Shown: positions 1-9,723, counted from the stretch's first letter. The stretch: DNA of 64,000 nt from an uncultured Gemmatimonadales bacterium (GCA_963748815.1 CAVVKJ010000008.1:128001-192000), one strand, 5' to 3'. The notes: generated from the sequence alone by a model not told the origin. Translations and numbers: made by a program.

Positions 1-317
1 CGGTTCCGGAAGAGGGCGTTGCCTTCGGTGTGGTCGCCGTGGTAGTGGGTGTTGATGACCCAGCGGACGGGTGGGGCGCCGAGGCTGGTCAGCACCGAGT
101 CGGCGAGCCCCACCCGGCGGGCGCTCTGGGCGTCCACCAGCAGGGTTCCGTCGGGGCCGGTCAGGACGAGGATGTTGCCGTTGGCAAACCCGGAAATGAC
201 GGCCAGGTCGGGCCCGAGCCGTTCGGCACGCATGACCATCACATCCTGCTGGGCGTGGGCCGGGGCGGTCAGGAGCGACAGCAGGGTGAAGGCGCCGATG
301 GGGGTGCCACGGATCAT
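1..317 (-). CDS. MBL-fold metallo-hydrolase, secreted (partial, runs off window start)
   Basis: Manual translation from ATG 317: MIRGTPIGAFTLLSLLTAPAHAQ (signal peptide)...TLLVDAQ...VINTHYHGDHTEGN, containing the HxHxDH motif. Not in the ORF track because it is truncated. Confidence 0.85.
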   Translation of the reverse strand, partial: MIRGTPIGAFTLLSLLTAPAHAQQDVMVMRAERLGPDLAVISGFANGNILVLTGPDGTLLVDAQSARRVGLADSVLTSLGAPPVRWVINTHYHGDHTEGNALFRN

Positions 318-431
318 CTGGGAACTCGGAGGTTGGGATGAATGGCCATACGGTTGTGAAGGGTCGGGAGTTCCGCGTCGGGTCGGTGGAACCTTGAGAA
401 TTGGCCTTCGGGTAGCGATGTTAACCCTCCC

Positions 432-503
<72 letters not shown>

Positions 504-521
504 CTTGCCCCAGAACGACTT

Positions 522-546
522 AGGCCCTCCAGGTGGAGGGCCTTTG
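522..546 (+). terminator. Hairpin downstream of tRNA-Cys
   Basis: AGGCCCTCC-AGGT-GGAGGGCCT followed by a short T tract. Confidence 0.65.
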
Positions 547-611
547 CTTGCTCGCCGCGCCGCTGACCGCATTCCGTCGCTCGGTTTGCCCACTCCCGCC
601 GTCAGGTCACC

Positions 612-1061
612 ATGCGGCTCTGGTCGATTCATCCCCAATACCTGGATTCCCGAGGGCTGGTGGCACTCTGGCGCGAGGCACTCCTCGCCCAGGCCGTGCT
701 GGCGGGCCGCACCAAGGGGTATCGTTCGCACCCTCAACTCGACCGCTTCCGGGCGGGCTCCCGGCCGCTCGGGCTCCTCGCCAGATACCTGCACGGCGTC
801 CGGGCGGAGGCCGATGCCCGAGGGTATTGCTTTGATGCGACGCGCATCCTCGAGCGCCCCGCGCGCAGCCGCCTGGAGGTGCCTGCCGGTCAATTGGCGT
901 GGGAGTGGGTACATCTCCTTGGCAAGTTGAAGGCGCGTTCACCCGCGACCTATCGACACTGCCTCACGGTGGCCGACCCGATCCCTCATCCCCTCTTCCG
1001 CATTGGTCCAGGTGGCCCAGCCGAGTGGGAGCGAGGCGCTGCGGCCTCCCGGGCGCCATGA
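612..1061 (+). CDS. Pyrimidine dimer DNA glycosylase / endonuclease V-like protein
   Basis: Family-typical N-terminus MRLWSIHPQYLDSRGLVALWREALLAQAVL...GYRSHPQLDRF and C-terminal PHPLF...EWER. Confidence 0.85.
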   Translation: MRLWSIHPQYLDSRGLVALWREALLAQAVLAGRTKGYRSHPQLDRFRAGSRPLGLLARYLHGVRAEADARGYCFDATRILERPARSRLEVPAGQLAWEWVHLLGKLKARSPATYRHCLTVADPIPHPLFRIGPGGPAEWERGAAASRAP

Positions 1062-2385
1062 GGCGCTTTCGCCTTCGAACTCGCATCGGCAATCCACCCT
1101 TCGGCGCCAGGGTCACGCCGGGATCGACAATCACCTGGTGACCAGGCAGAGGCTCCAACCGATAGCGCTGTACCACCGCCGTCATGATGACCGCCGCCTC
1201 CACCATCGAAAAATGATTGCCGATGCACTGGTGGGGCCCACCACCGAAGGGGAAGTACGCGAATTTCGGTCGCCCTGGCGAGCGGGAGGCCGTGAACCGG
1301 TCAGGGTCGAACCGGTCGGGGTCGTCCCACCATCGCGGATCGCGCTGAGTGGCGTAGGGGCTCAGCACGACGAGGCCGTTCCTCCGTATGGCAGTCCCGC
1401 TGATATCCTCCGCGCCACGTGCCTTGCGGGTGATGATCCACGCCGGGGGATAGAGGCGGAGCGTCTCCTGAAAGACATCCCTGACGTACGGAAGCGTGGC
1501 GAGTGAATCAACCGTCGGCGTGACCCCACCCAGGACCCGACTGGCCTCCTCCGCCAAACGATCATCGACCTCACCGTTTCCCCCAACCAGGTGCCAGGTC
1601 CAGCTGAGCGCGCTGGCCACGGTTTCGTGGCCGGCCACGATCATGGTCACCATCTCATTCCGGAGCTCCCGATCGGTCAACTGCTCGCCAGGATCGGCCG
1701 CGAGCAGCCGGGCCAGCAGATCCGTCGTGCCGGTGCGGGGGTCGACGAGTTCGCCTGCCGCCCGGCGCCGCGCGACCGTGGTGCGAATCGCCCCGTCCAG
1801 CACGGCCATCGCCTGGCGAAACTCCGCGCGTTGCGGCGTCGGCAGCCAGCCGGGAACCAGCCCAAGATTGCGCGCCCGTCCCATGATGTAGTGGAGCATC
1901 GTCATCACGGAACGGGTCAGCGTGCTGGATCGCTCGACCTCCACGCCGAAGAGCGAGCGGACCACGATCCGGAGCGCGACCTGCAGCATCTCCGCGTGGA
2001 CATCGATCGGCTCGCCCGACGCCGCATGGGCCTCCCATCGATCCAGCATCTCGGCCGCCGCCTCGTGCATCGACGGGATGAAGGTACCGACCTCCGCGCG
2101 GTGGAAGGCCGGCTGCACCATCCGCCGTCGCGCGAGCCAGGGCGGCCCGTCCATCGTCAGCAGTCCCTCCCCCGTGATGCCCGCCAGGAACCGATACTGA
2201 AACGTGTCCTTGCTGTAGTTGGCCTGATTGGTCACCAGCACATGCTGCACGTCGTCGGGATGCCGAAGAAAGTGGAAACCGACCGGCCCGACCCCGAATC
2301 GAAGGGTCCGCTCCGAGATCGGCTGTCGCCGGAGGAATTCGTGAGGCGCATCCCGCAACTGCTGCAGGTTGGCGAGGCTCGGCAT
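964..2385 (-). CDS. Cytochrome P450 (probable carotenoid hydroxylase)
   Basis: I-helix AGHETVA, ExxR (ETLR), PDRF, heme motif FGGGPHQCIG; last gene of the crt operon. The 3' end overlaps the convergent glycosylase gene. Confidence 0.93.
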   Translation of the reverse strand: MPSLANLQQLRDAPHEFLRRQPISERTLRFGVGPVGFHFLRHPDDVQHVLVTNQANYSKDTFQYRFLAGITGEGLLTMDGPPWLARRRMVQPAFHRAEVGTFIPSMHEAAAEMLDRWEAHAASGEPIDVHAEMLQVALRIVVRSLFGVEVERSSTLTRSVMTMLHYIMGRARNLGLVPGWLPTPQRAEFRQAMAVLDGAIRTTVARRRAAGELVDPRTGTTDLLARLLAADPGEQLTDRELRNEMVTMIVAGHETVASALSWTWHLVGGNGEVDDRLAEEASRVLGGVTPTVDSLATLPYVRDVFQETLRLYPPAWIITRKARGAEDISGTAIRRNGLVVLSPYATQRDPRWWDDPDRFDPDRFTASRSPGRPKFAYFPFGGGPHQCIGNHFSMVEAAVIMTAVVQRYRLEPLPGHQVIVDPGVTLAPKGGLPMRVRRRKRLMAPGRPQRLAPTRLGHLDQCGRGDEGSGRPP

Positions 2386-2386
2386 C

Positions 2387-3127
2387 TCAGGCGACCACTG
2401 CCGGCGGCGGCACGCGCTCCGCCGCCTTCCGTGCCGCGCTCCGGAAGAGAAGCAGCCCCTGGACCACCATCAGGTTCGTCACGAGAAAGAACACGGCCTC
2501 TTCGATCGGAAGGCCAACCAGCGCGATCCCGGTCGTGAAGCGATCGGAGATGTGCCAGATGCCCAGGCCGATCGCCAGCCGATCGCACACCCAAAGGTAG
2601 AGGGTCGGCACGGAGACGGCCCAGAGCAGGGCATGGCGGTGCGTCCAGAACATCGACCGCCCCACGAATAGCTGGAGCGCGAGCACGGGCGCCGTCCACG
2701 CGAGGATGAGGCCGAGATAAAACCCCGAGTCGGTGAAGAGCAGCCCGGCCCCCCCGAGCGCGAGCAGCGCCACGCCGGCCATGATCACGGGAGGCAGCCA
2801 CGGTGGCGGCCGATCTGATGCGGGCGGCCGCCGGGTCAGGACCAGGAACAACCACAGGCCGGTGAGGAGCGGCTGCACGAGGAAGAAGAAGTACTCCTCG
2901 ACCGGCACCCATCCGATGGTCGCCTGCACCCGATCAGGGCTATAGCTCCACACGCCCCGGGCGACGAGGTAGTTGTCCCATGGGGTGGTGTAGACGAGCG
3001 CGACGATGGACATCCCGGCCATCCACGCCAGTGCCTGGCCGGTGACCGCGCCGCTGCGCCATCCCAGCAGGGCCAACATGCCGAGGGCGGGCAGGATGAA
3101 CACCAGGTGGAATTCCCAGTAGGTCAT
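2387..3127 (-). CDS. crtY: Membrane lycopene cyclase, fused CrtYc/CrtYd-type double domain
   Basis: Starts MTYWEFHLVF. Two lycopene-cyclase repeats: TTPWDNYLVARGVWSY...VPVEEYFFF and DRLAIGLGIW...LPIEEAVFFLVT. Highly hydrophobic. Confidence 0.85.
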   Translation of the reverse strand: MTYWEFHLVFILPALGMLALLGWRSGAVTGQALAWMAGMSIVALVYTTPWDNYLVARGVWSYSPDRVQATIGWVPVEEYFFFLVQPLLTGLWLFLVLTRRPPASDRPPPWLPPVIMAGVALLALGGAGLLFTDSGFYLGLILAWTAPVLALQLFVGRSMFWTHRHALLWAVSVPTLYLWVCDRLAIGLGIWHISDRFTTGIALVGLPIEEAVFFLVTNLMVVQGLLLFRSAARKAAERVPPPAVVA

Positions 3128-3143
3128 CGGGTGCGGTTCCCCG

Positions 3144-3754
3144 TCACGGCTCGGACTCGAGCCACGCCCGGTACCGCGGCGGCGGATCGGAGGCGAGCAG
3201 CACGGTCCGAAGAGAATCCGCGGCCGGACGTCCCGCCTTCGCCGCACCCATCCAGGTCCAGATGCGCGCCTCGAGCACCGGCAGCCCGCACTCGGGCGCG
3301 ACGGTCACCTGCTGCGTCAGGGTCTCGAACCGGGTCAGGGCGGTCTCGCTGCTTCCTCCGAGGACACCCGGGCGATAGAGATACGACTGCCCGCTGATCA
3401 ACAGGACCCACGGGTCGTCGCGATCGAGCCGCTCGCGGCCTCAATGAGGCGGATGGAGGTGGCGCCGTACTGGGGCTTCTTGAGGAGTGGTGCCTGCTGC
3501 GCCCGAAAGCCCCAGAGGGCGGAGAGCCAGGCCAGCTCCCTGGCCGGCGCCGACGCATCGAGTTTCGAGGGCACGCCCTCCAGCAGGGACGCATCCCCGG
3601 TGAGCGGGACGAGACGAAACAGCGCGAGCAGTGAGTCGGATCGCGTGGGAGCCTCGGCGTAGAGGCGTCGGAGCGAGGTCTCGTCGGCATTGCCGAACGC
3701 CAGCTCGACCTGCGCGGCGAAACAGGTCGCCACGAGCGCGAAGGAGACCATCAT
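3144..3754 (-). CDS. Hypothetical exported helical protein in crt operon (frameshift near 3425)
   Basis: ORFs 3398..3817 (MMVSFALVATCFAAQ signal-like) and 3144..3401 join into one ~200 aa protein between crtE and crtY. Confidence 0.55.
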
Positions 3755-3764
3755 CACGCGGCGG

Positions 3765-4640
3765 TCACTCGGCCCTGCTGCTGGCCAGCTGCTGGTGCGG
3801 AGCGGTCGACGAACCAACTGCCTCGAACTTCGCGATCATCTGTTCCACCGTCCGGCGGAGCCTGGTGGCGCCCTCCACGGCGGGAATGGCACGCACGGCC
3901 AGGCGACTGTGGCGCTTGAGCCGGGCGCGCGCGCGCGCGGCACCGAGCTCGAGTGACGCATTGGGTCGGCCCAACGCCGCATCTTCCTGGTCGGGGCCTG
4001 TGGCGTCGTTCAGGTCGTCGGCGGTCTGGTAGGCCAGGCCCAGGTGGCGACCCAGCGCGCGCCACGGCTCCGGTTCATGGCCGCACGCCAACGCCGCGGC
4101 CATCGTCGACGCCTCGAACAGGGCGCCCGTCTTGGCCTCATGGGTATCGACCCAGGTCGATGGTGGGTTCGCTCTCCCACGCCTGCCCGGCGACCAGTCC
4201 GCGCGGGGCGCCGGCCGCCGCGCTGAGCAGGGCGATCAGGCGGCCCGTCCGCTCGGGACGAAGATGCGCCACCGCGGCCACGCTGTTGATGGCGCCAAGA
4301 ATCAGTGCATCCGACGCGAGAATGGCCAGCGCCTGACCATGGACGGCATGCAGCGCCGGCCGGCCGCGTCGCTCACGCGCATCGTCAAAGGCTGGCAAGT
4401 CGTCCTGGATCAGCGACGCGCAATGCAACATTTCGAGGGCCACCGCGGTGGCGTCGAGCAACTGCGGCTCGTCTTCTCCCAACGCATCGGCGACCGCATG
4501 GCAGAGCGTGGGACGGAGCCGATGGCCCGCCGGAAGAGGGCATCGCGCAGAGCCAGCGCCAGTTTGGGGGGACAGCCGGCGGCCGTGAGCTGACCGAGCG
4601 CCACCCGAAGGGCCCGATTCGACACGCGCCCCTCGCGTCA
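3765..4640 (-). CDS. crtE: Geranylgeranyl diphosphate synthase (frameshifted; start uncertain)
   Basis: CPPKLALALRDALF, RLRPTLC, EMLHCASLIQDDLPAFDD..RRGRPALH, GQAWESEP, KTGALF, LAYQTADD spread over three frames. Confidence 0.88.
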
Positions 4641-4689
4641 CCCGGGCAGCGAGATGGATGGGCCGAGCAGGAGCACTCGGGATGACCCT

Positions 4690-5611
4690 CGGCGGGGACG
4701 TCACCGCTTGCACCAGAAATTGTGCCTCCGGTGCCGTGCAAAGACCGTCGCGTCGGTGGTCGCCGACCTTCCACCAGCGTGCCGGCAGGGCGCGGGCCGC
4801 CAGGGCCAGTTTCTGGGAGAGGGGCGTGTGGGCACGGCTCGTCACCGAGTCGTAGCCGGCGCTGGCAATACGGCCCCCAATGGCGGCATAGATGGACGCG
4901 CGGCACGGATCCCGACCCGGGTCCCTTCGGGCAGGCGCGCGATGCCATCGTCCGCCCGGTCATACAGGAGGTCGGCGCGTTCCAGCAGCCGGGACACCAC
5001 TGTCCCGATACCAGGATGGAAGCGAGGATCGGCCAGCCATGTTGCCGGGTCGACCCCGGCCTCTTTCATCGACTCCCGCGCGGCAGGTACGAGTCGCCCT
5101 CGCCGGGCATCCTCCCCGACGTCCCTCGCGATGTTGGTCAACTGCATCGCGACGCCGAGGTCCACCGCGCGCGCCAAAGTCTCGGCATCGCGTCGGCCGA
5201 GAATCAGTGTGGCCATGGCGCCGACCGTTCCGGCGACCCGGGCGGCGTAGGCCTCCACGTCATCCAGTGTCTCGTACTCCCGGCCCGACACCTCCCAGCG
5301 GAACCCCTCGAGGAGCGCCTGAGGGATGGCGCGGGGGATGGCGTATCGGGCGATGACCAGCGCGAAGGCGCGATCAACGGGGTCCGGTTCGGGCTGTCCT
5401 GCGTACAGCCGGTCGAGCCGCCGCTCCAAGAGCGCCACCGTATGCTCGTCGGCGGGATGCTCATCGATCGCGTCGTCCGCAACGCGGCAGAAGGCGTAGA
5501 GGGGGCGAGCGCCTGCCGGCTCGAACGCGGCAGCAACCGACCGGCGGTGTAGAAGCTCCGGGAGCCTTGGCGGAGAATGGATTCACAGTGCTGCCAGTCA
5601 GCGCGAGCCAT
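4690..5611 (-). CDS. crtB: Phytoene synthase (frameshifted; 3' end uncertain)
   Basis: GSRSFYTAGRLLP, YAARVAGTVGAM, DLGVAMQLTNIARDVGEDARRGR; ATG 5611 overlaps the crtI stop region. Confidence 0.9.
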
Positions 5612-7181
5612 GACGATTCCTCACGAGGACGGAGGGGTCCGGGACGACGGAGTCGAGCACCCGCGCCGAGGAGAGCACTCCGGGCACTCCGGCGCCGGGA
5701 TGGGTGCCAGCGCCGACCAGGTACAGCCCCTCGATTTCTTCGGACTCGTTGTGGGGCCGAAACCACGCGCTTTGGGTGAGTACCGGTTCGAGGCTGAAGC
5801 CGGCGCCGTGGACGCTCAGCAGCTCGTCCCGAAAGGTCTGCGGCGTCGTGACGCGCGACGTCACCAGATGCGTGTTCAGTCCCGGCAGCACCGTGGCGTC
5901 CAGGTAGTCGGCGATCTTCTGGCGATAGGCCTCGGCCTCGGTCCGCCAGTCGGTCGCGCCCAGCAGGTTGGGGACCGGCGACAGGACGTAGAAGCCGTCG
6001 CAACCGGGGGGCGCCAAGTGACGGGTCCGTCGCGGTGGGGCGGTGCAGATAGAGACTGAAGTCGTCGGCGAGGCTCCGACGGTCGAAGATGTCCTGCAAG
6101 AGGCCCCGGTACCGCGGGCCCAGGAGAATCGAGTGGTGGGGCACGTCGGGGTAGAGGCGGTCGGTGCCGAAATACCACACGAACAATCCCATGGAGTATC
6201 GCGCGCGCGTGAGCCGCCGGTCGGTCCAGCGGGTGCGATCCTCGGCATCCCGCAGCAGGCGCTGATAGGTCCACGCCGCGTCGGCGTTGGACACCACGAT
6301 ATCGGCGTCGATCGTCTCCCCGTCTTCCAGGCGCACGCCGGTGGCGCGGCCGTCCGCGCTGAGAATGCGATCGACCGTTCGCCCCGTACCGAACCCGCCC
6401 GCCCGCCGATTCGACCAGCCGGACCAGGCCCTGCACCAGGGCTCCCGTCCCGCCCGATCGGGAAGCGGACCCCCCACTTCCGCTCCAGGAAGGCGATCAG
6501 GATATAGATGGACGTCGTCGTGAGGGGGTTGCCGCCCACCAGGAGGGGGTGGAAGCTGAACACCGTCCGCAGGCGCTCGTTCTTCACGAATTGGGAGACG
6601 TACCCGAGCACCGAGCGATAGCTCTCCAACTGGACCATCTGCGGGACGATGCGCGCCATGTCGCCAAGACGACCAAACGGCACGTGGGCCAGCTGCTCGA
6701 ATCCGATCCCGAAGATCCGTTCGCTCGCCTCGACGAGGGCTTCATACCCCGGGACGTCCTCCGGCGCGAACCGGGCGACTTCCCGGCGCATCGCCTCCGC
6801 CGACCCGGTGTACTCGAAGGTCTCGCCGTCGTCGAACCGGATCCGGTAGAACGGAGCCACGGGCCGGAGGTCGATTTCGTCCTCCATCCGGCGGCCGCAG
6901 AGCTGCCACAGTTCCTCCAGGAGAAACGGGGCGGTGATGACGGTCGGCCCGGCGTCGAAGGTGAAGCCGTCTTGCCGGTGCACGCGGGCACGCCCACCGG
7001 GTTGGTCCAGCCGCTCGAGGATGGTGACCCGATACCCGCGCACGCCGAGTCGTATCGCCGCGGCGAGCCCGCCAAAACCCGAACCAATCACCACGGCGTG
7101 CGGCCGATCCTGCTGGTCGCGGTCCCTGGAGCGGGGCAGGCGGCCGGCCCCCGCGATCGGCGCGACGCCAGTGGCCATCAT
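5598..7181 (-). CDS. crtI: Phytoene desaturase (frameshifted)
   Basis: VIGSGFGGLAAAIRL FAD motif, FTFDAGPTVITAP, DDFSLYLHRPTATD (alternate frame), FSLEPVLTQSAWFRPHN, VGAGTHPGAGVPGVLSSA. Confidence 0.94.
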   Translation of the reverse strand: MMATGVAPIAGAGRLPRSRDRDQQDRPHAVVIGSGFGGLAAAIRLGVRGYRVTILERLDQPGGRARVHRQDGFTFDAGPTVITAPFLLEELWQLCGRRMEDEIDLRPVAPFYRIRFDDGETFEYTGSAEAMRREVARFAPEDVPGYEALVEASERIFGIGFEQLAHVPFGRLGDMARIVPQMVQLESYRSVLGYVSQFVKNERLRTVFSFHPLLVGGNPLTTTSIYILIAFLERKWGVRFPIGRDGSPGAGPGPAGRIGGRAGSVRGERSIAFSARTAAPPACAWKTGRRSTPISWCPTPTRRGPISACCGMPRIAPAGPTGGSRARDTPWDCSCGISAPTASTPTCPTTRFSWARGTGASCRTSSTVGASPTTSVSICTAPPRRTRHLAPPGCDGFYVLSPVPNLLGATDWRTEAEAYRQKIADYLDATVLPGLNTHLVTSRVTTPQTFRDELLSVHGAGFSLEPVLTQSAWFRPHNESEEIEGLYLVGAGTHPGAGVPGVLSSARVLDSVVPDPSVLVRNRHGSR

Positions 7182-7726
7182 GGCGTGGCCTCGACCGTCA
7201 GCGCCCGCCGCACGGCCTGCGCCCGAAAATCAAAAATGGCATCCAGCTGCCGACGGACGAGGGTGCGCACCGGGCGGGCGAGGGGGCCAAGCGCCGGCAG
7301 GCGATACCAGACCCGATCGGTGACGGTCGTGCCTCCCGTCGTCTCGCGGAACTCGTGTTCGTGAAGCCAGAACCGGTAGGGGCCGCGCAGCTGAAGATCG
7401 GCGAAGCGGTGGGGGGGCTCCCAGTCGAGGATGCGTGTTCTCCACCGCATGGGGATACCGTGCAGGCGGATGCGATAATCGATCAGGGTCCCGGCCTGCA
7501 TGTGGACCGGTCGGGGGCTGGTGATCTCGAACTGGAGGTCCGGCGGCGTTATCTGGCCGAGGTTTTCCGCGTGCGAGAAGAACTCGAATACCGCGGATCG
7601 TGGCGCCGGCAGGAACAGCCTCCGTTCGAGCGACATGGTTCCGGGTGGGAACCCGGCCAATCCAGAGCTGCCGGCGGAAGATTCCGCGTGGGCCACAGCC
7701 CCATCCACCGCAAAGCTGCCGTTCAT
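7178..7726 (-). CDS. SRPBCC/START-family protein, first gene of crt operon
   Basis: FFSHAENLGQITPP...RWRTRI...FADLQLRGPYRFWLHEHEF...IFDFR; GGAGG precedes ATG 7726; the stop overlaps the crtI ATG. Confidence 0.8.
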   Translation of the reverse strand: MNGSFAVDGAVAHAESSAGSSGLAGFPPGTMSLERRLFLPAPRSAVFEFFSHAENLGQITPPDLQFEITSPRPVHMQAGTLIDYRIRLHGIPMRWRTRILDWEPPHRFADLQLRGPYRFWLHEHEFRETTGGTTVTDRVWYRLPALGPLARPVRTLVRRQLDAIFDFRAQAVRRALTVEATP

Positions 7727-7743
7727 GTGGCCCTCCATCGAAT

Positions 7744-7847
7744 ATTATATGTCTAACTACTGTCTTATAAAGATAGCTGATAATTCAAGCATGTCAATGT
7801 ATTGTATAAGATTGATATTTGACAATGTATAGACGCCCCAGCATCTT
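7744..7847. promoter_or_regulatory. Divergent crt/carH promoter region with CarH-type 11-bp-periodic operator repeats
   Basis: AT-rich island. TGTnnA/T hexamers at 7750/7761 and 7792/7803 (11-bp spacing); TTGACA 7819 and TAGACG 7830 on the + strand; TATAAT on the - strand at 7749-7744. Confidence 0.75.
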
Positions 7848-7855
7848 GCAGGGCG

Positions 7856-8803
7856 ATGAACGATCCCCACGAAATCCCCAGGCATCCGGTCCGCGTGGTT
7901 TCCCAGCGAACGGGTCTCAGTCCCCACGTACTCCGGGCCTGGGAGCGGCGATATGGCGTCGTGAACCCCGGCCGGTCCGAAGGCGGGCGCCGGCTCTACA
8001 GCGACCACGACATCGAACGATTCAACCTGGTGCGACGCGCCACGGCCGCCGGCCACGCCATCGGGATGGTGGCCGGCCTTGATGCGGCGGCCTTGCGGGC
8101 CATGGTGATCGAAGTGGAAGGCGTCGGTCCGACGCCCGGTCGGACGGATGGGGAACTGGTGTCGGCAGAGGAAACGGTGTCCCTCTGCCTGCATTTTATT
8201 GAAGGGCTGGATGGGGCGAGCCTCGAGCGGACCCTTCGCCGCTCGGCCGTCGTACTCGGCGTCTGGGACCTGGTCCTCCAGGTGCTTGTGCCGTTGATCA
8301 GCGAGGTGGGCGAGCGATGGCACCGGGGTCGAATCAGTCCGGCCCACGAACATCTGGCCACCAGCGTGATCAGCCGAACACTGGCGTGGATCGTCGATTC
8401 CACGTCCCGTGAAGGGGCTGCCCCGGTCATGGTGGTGGCCACCCCCAGCGGAGAACCGCACGAGCTCGGCGCGATGCTCGCGGCGGCCGCCGCGGCAGCC
8501 GAAGGCTGGCGCGTGGTCTACCTCGGTCCCAGCCTGCCCGCCGAGGACATTGCCAACGCCGCCAAGCAGGTCGGGGCGACCTGTGTCGCCGTGAGTATCG
8601 TCTACCCGGCAGCTGCCCCGGACGCCGTCTCCCAGGTCGCCCGGCTGCGCGCGCTGCTTCCGCCGACCACCGCCGTTGTCGTCGGCGGCCCAGCCGACCC
8701 CGACACCGAAATGACGCCGGTGAACGGCGTGTACTTCCTTCGCGAGCTCGCGGAGCTGCCACACGTTCTCGAGACCCTGTCGTCCGACTCCGCGCCAGGG
8801 TAG
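7856..8803 (+). CDS. carH: CarH/LitR-type adenosylcobalamin-dependent light-sensing MerR-family repressor
   Basis: MerR HTH with LRAWERRYG, W-x9-EH (WHRGRISPAHEH), ExHxxG (EPHELG), YLGPSLP; divergent from crt genes. Confidence 0.9.
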   Translation: MNDPHEIPRHPVRVVSQRTGLSPHVLRAWERRYGVVNPGRSEGGRRLYSDHDIERFNLVRRATAAGHAIGMVAGLDAAALRAMVIEVEGVGPTPGRTDGELVSAEETVSLCLHFIEGLDGASLERTLRRSAVVLGVWDLVLQVLVPLISEVGERWHRGRISPAHEHLATSVISRTLAWIVDSTSREGAAPVMVVATPSGEPHELGAMLAAAAAAAEGWRVVYLGPSLPAEDIANAAKQVGATCVAVSIVYPAAAPDAVSQVARLRALLPPTTAVVVGGPADPDTEMTPVNGVYFLRELAELPHVLETLSSDSAPG

Positions 8804-8832
8804 GCCGCCGTCCCCGGCCTCGAATGCACACG

Positions 8833-8875
8833 AAAACGCCCGGCGATCGACCTGAGGTCAATCGCCGGGCGTTTT
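8833..8875. terminator. Bidirectional intrinsic terminator
   Basis: AAAACGCCCGGCGATCGACC-TGA-GGTCAATCGCCGGGCGTTTT between convergent genes. Confidence 0.85.
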
Positions 8876-8897
8876 GGCGTGCCGGTCCGGTGGCAGC

Positions 8898-9599
8898 CTA
8901 CTGAGGAATGGCCTGCAGGACGACTTCAAAGGTGTTGTTCGCCGGCGTGCCAACCGCGTACGCGGCATAAAAGGTCCCGGCCGTCAATTCCAGCGTCTGA
9001 TCGAAGACGTAGGTGCTGGTGGTGGTCGGCGCGATCGTGATGCGATACATCCCGGTGGCACCCAGGCCACCTCCGGCCTCGGCACCGTTCATCAGGTTGC
9101 TGAACGAGACCTCGCTTGGCGTCCCCACGTTCACCGCCACGTCGACGCCCCCGAAGTCCGCGGCGTGCCGGGCGAACACCTGCGGAGAGGAGGCGGCGAA
9201 TTCGTTGACGAACACCGACGCGGTTGGCGCGCCGCCGAGGGCCAGGTGCGCTACAATCGTCGCGTTCAGGCCCTCCGTCACCGGCACGTCCGCTGAGATC
9301 ACCGCCTGATTCCCGCACGGGGTGGCGGCGTTCGCCAGCGAGATGGCGATCGCGTAGGTGCCCGGCGCCAACGAGAGCGGGCCGGCGAACTCCTTGAATT
9401 CGAATCCCTGCAGGGTGCACGTCCCGTTCACCGAGACGTCGACCGGGAGCGCTGCCGTGGTGCCGAGATCAGTGCCGTTGATCCCGTGCAGGACGTACAC
9501 GGTTGCGTTGACCGGGGCAGGAGCGACCGGATCGTCGTCGCTGCACCCCGCCAACACCGCCGTCGCGAGCATGACTCCCGCCAGTGCCTTCCACTTCAT
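8898..9599 (-). CDS. DUF4397-like lipoprotein
   Basis: Lipobox LAGC; two beta-rich repeats (VYVLHGI..LPVDVSVNG; FARHAADFGGVDVAVN) resembling DUF4397; GAGGGG upstream of the ATG. Confidence 0.72.
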   Translation of the reverse strand: MKWKALAGVMLATAVLAGCSDDDPVAPAPVNATVYVLHGINGTDLGTTAALPVDVSVNGTCTLQGFEFKEFAGPLSLAPGTYAIAISLANAATPCGNQAVISADVPVTEGLNATIVAHLALGGAPTASVFVNEFAASSPQVFARHAADFGGVDVAVNVGTPSEVSFSNLMNGAEAGGGLGATGMYRITIAPTTTSTYVFDQTLELTAGTFYAAYAVGTPANNTFEVVLQAIPQ

Positions 9600-9641
9600 G
9601 ATGAGCCCCTCGAACAGATGGTTGGGTGGCCACACCCTCCG

Positions 9642-9723
9642 TGACCACGTGTTGTCTAACAATCGTATAGGATTATAGTGAATTGTCGCAGGTCTGTCAA
9701 GCATCTGTCTAATTTATTGTCAC
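9642..9723 (-). promoter_or_regulatory. Perfect sigma70 promoter overlapped by CarH-type repeats
   Basis: - strand TTGACA (9700-9695), 17 bp spacer, TATAAT (9677-9672). TGTCnn at 9684/9695/9706 and TGACCA/TGTCTA/CGTATA at 9642/9653/9664, all at 11-bp period. Confidence 0.8.
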
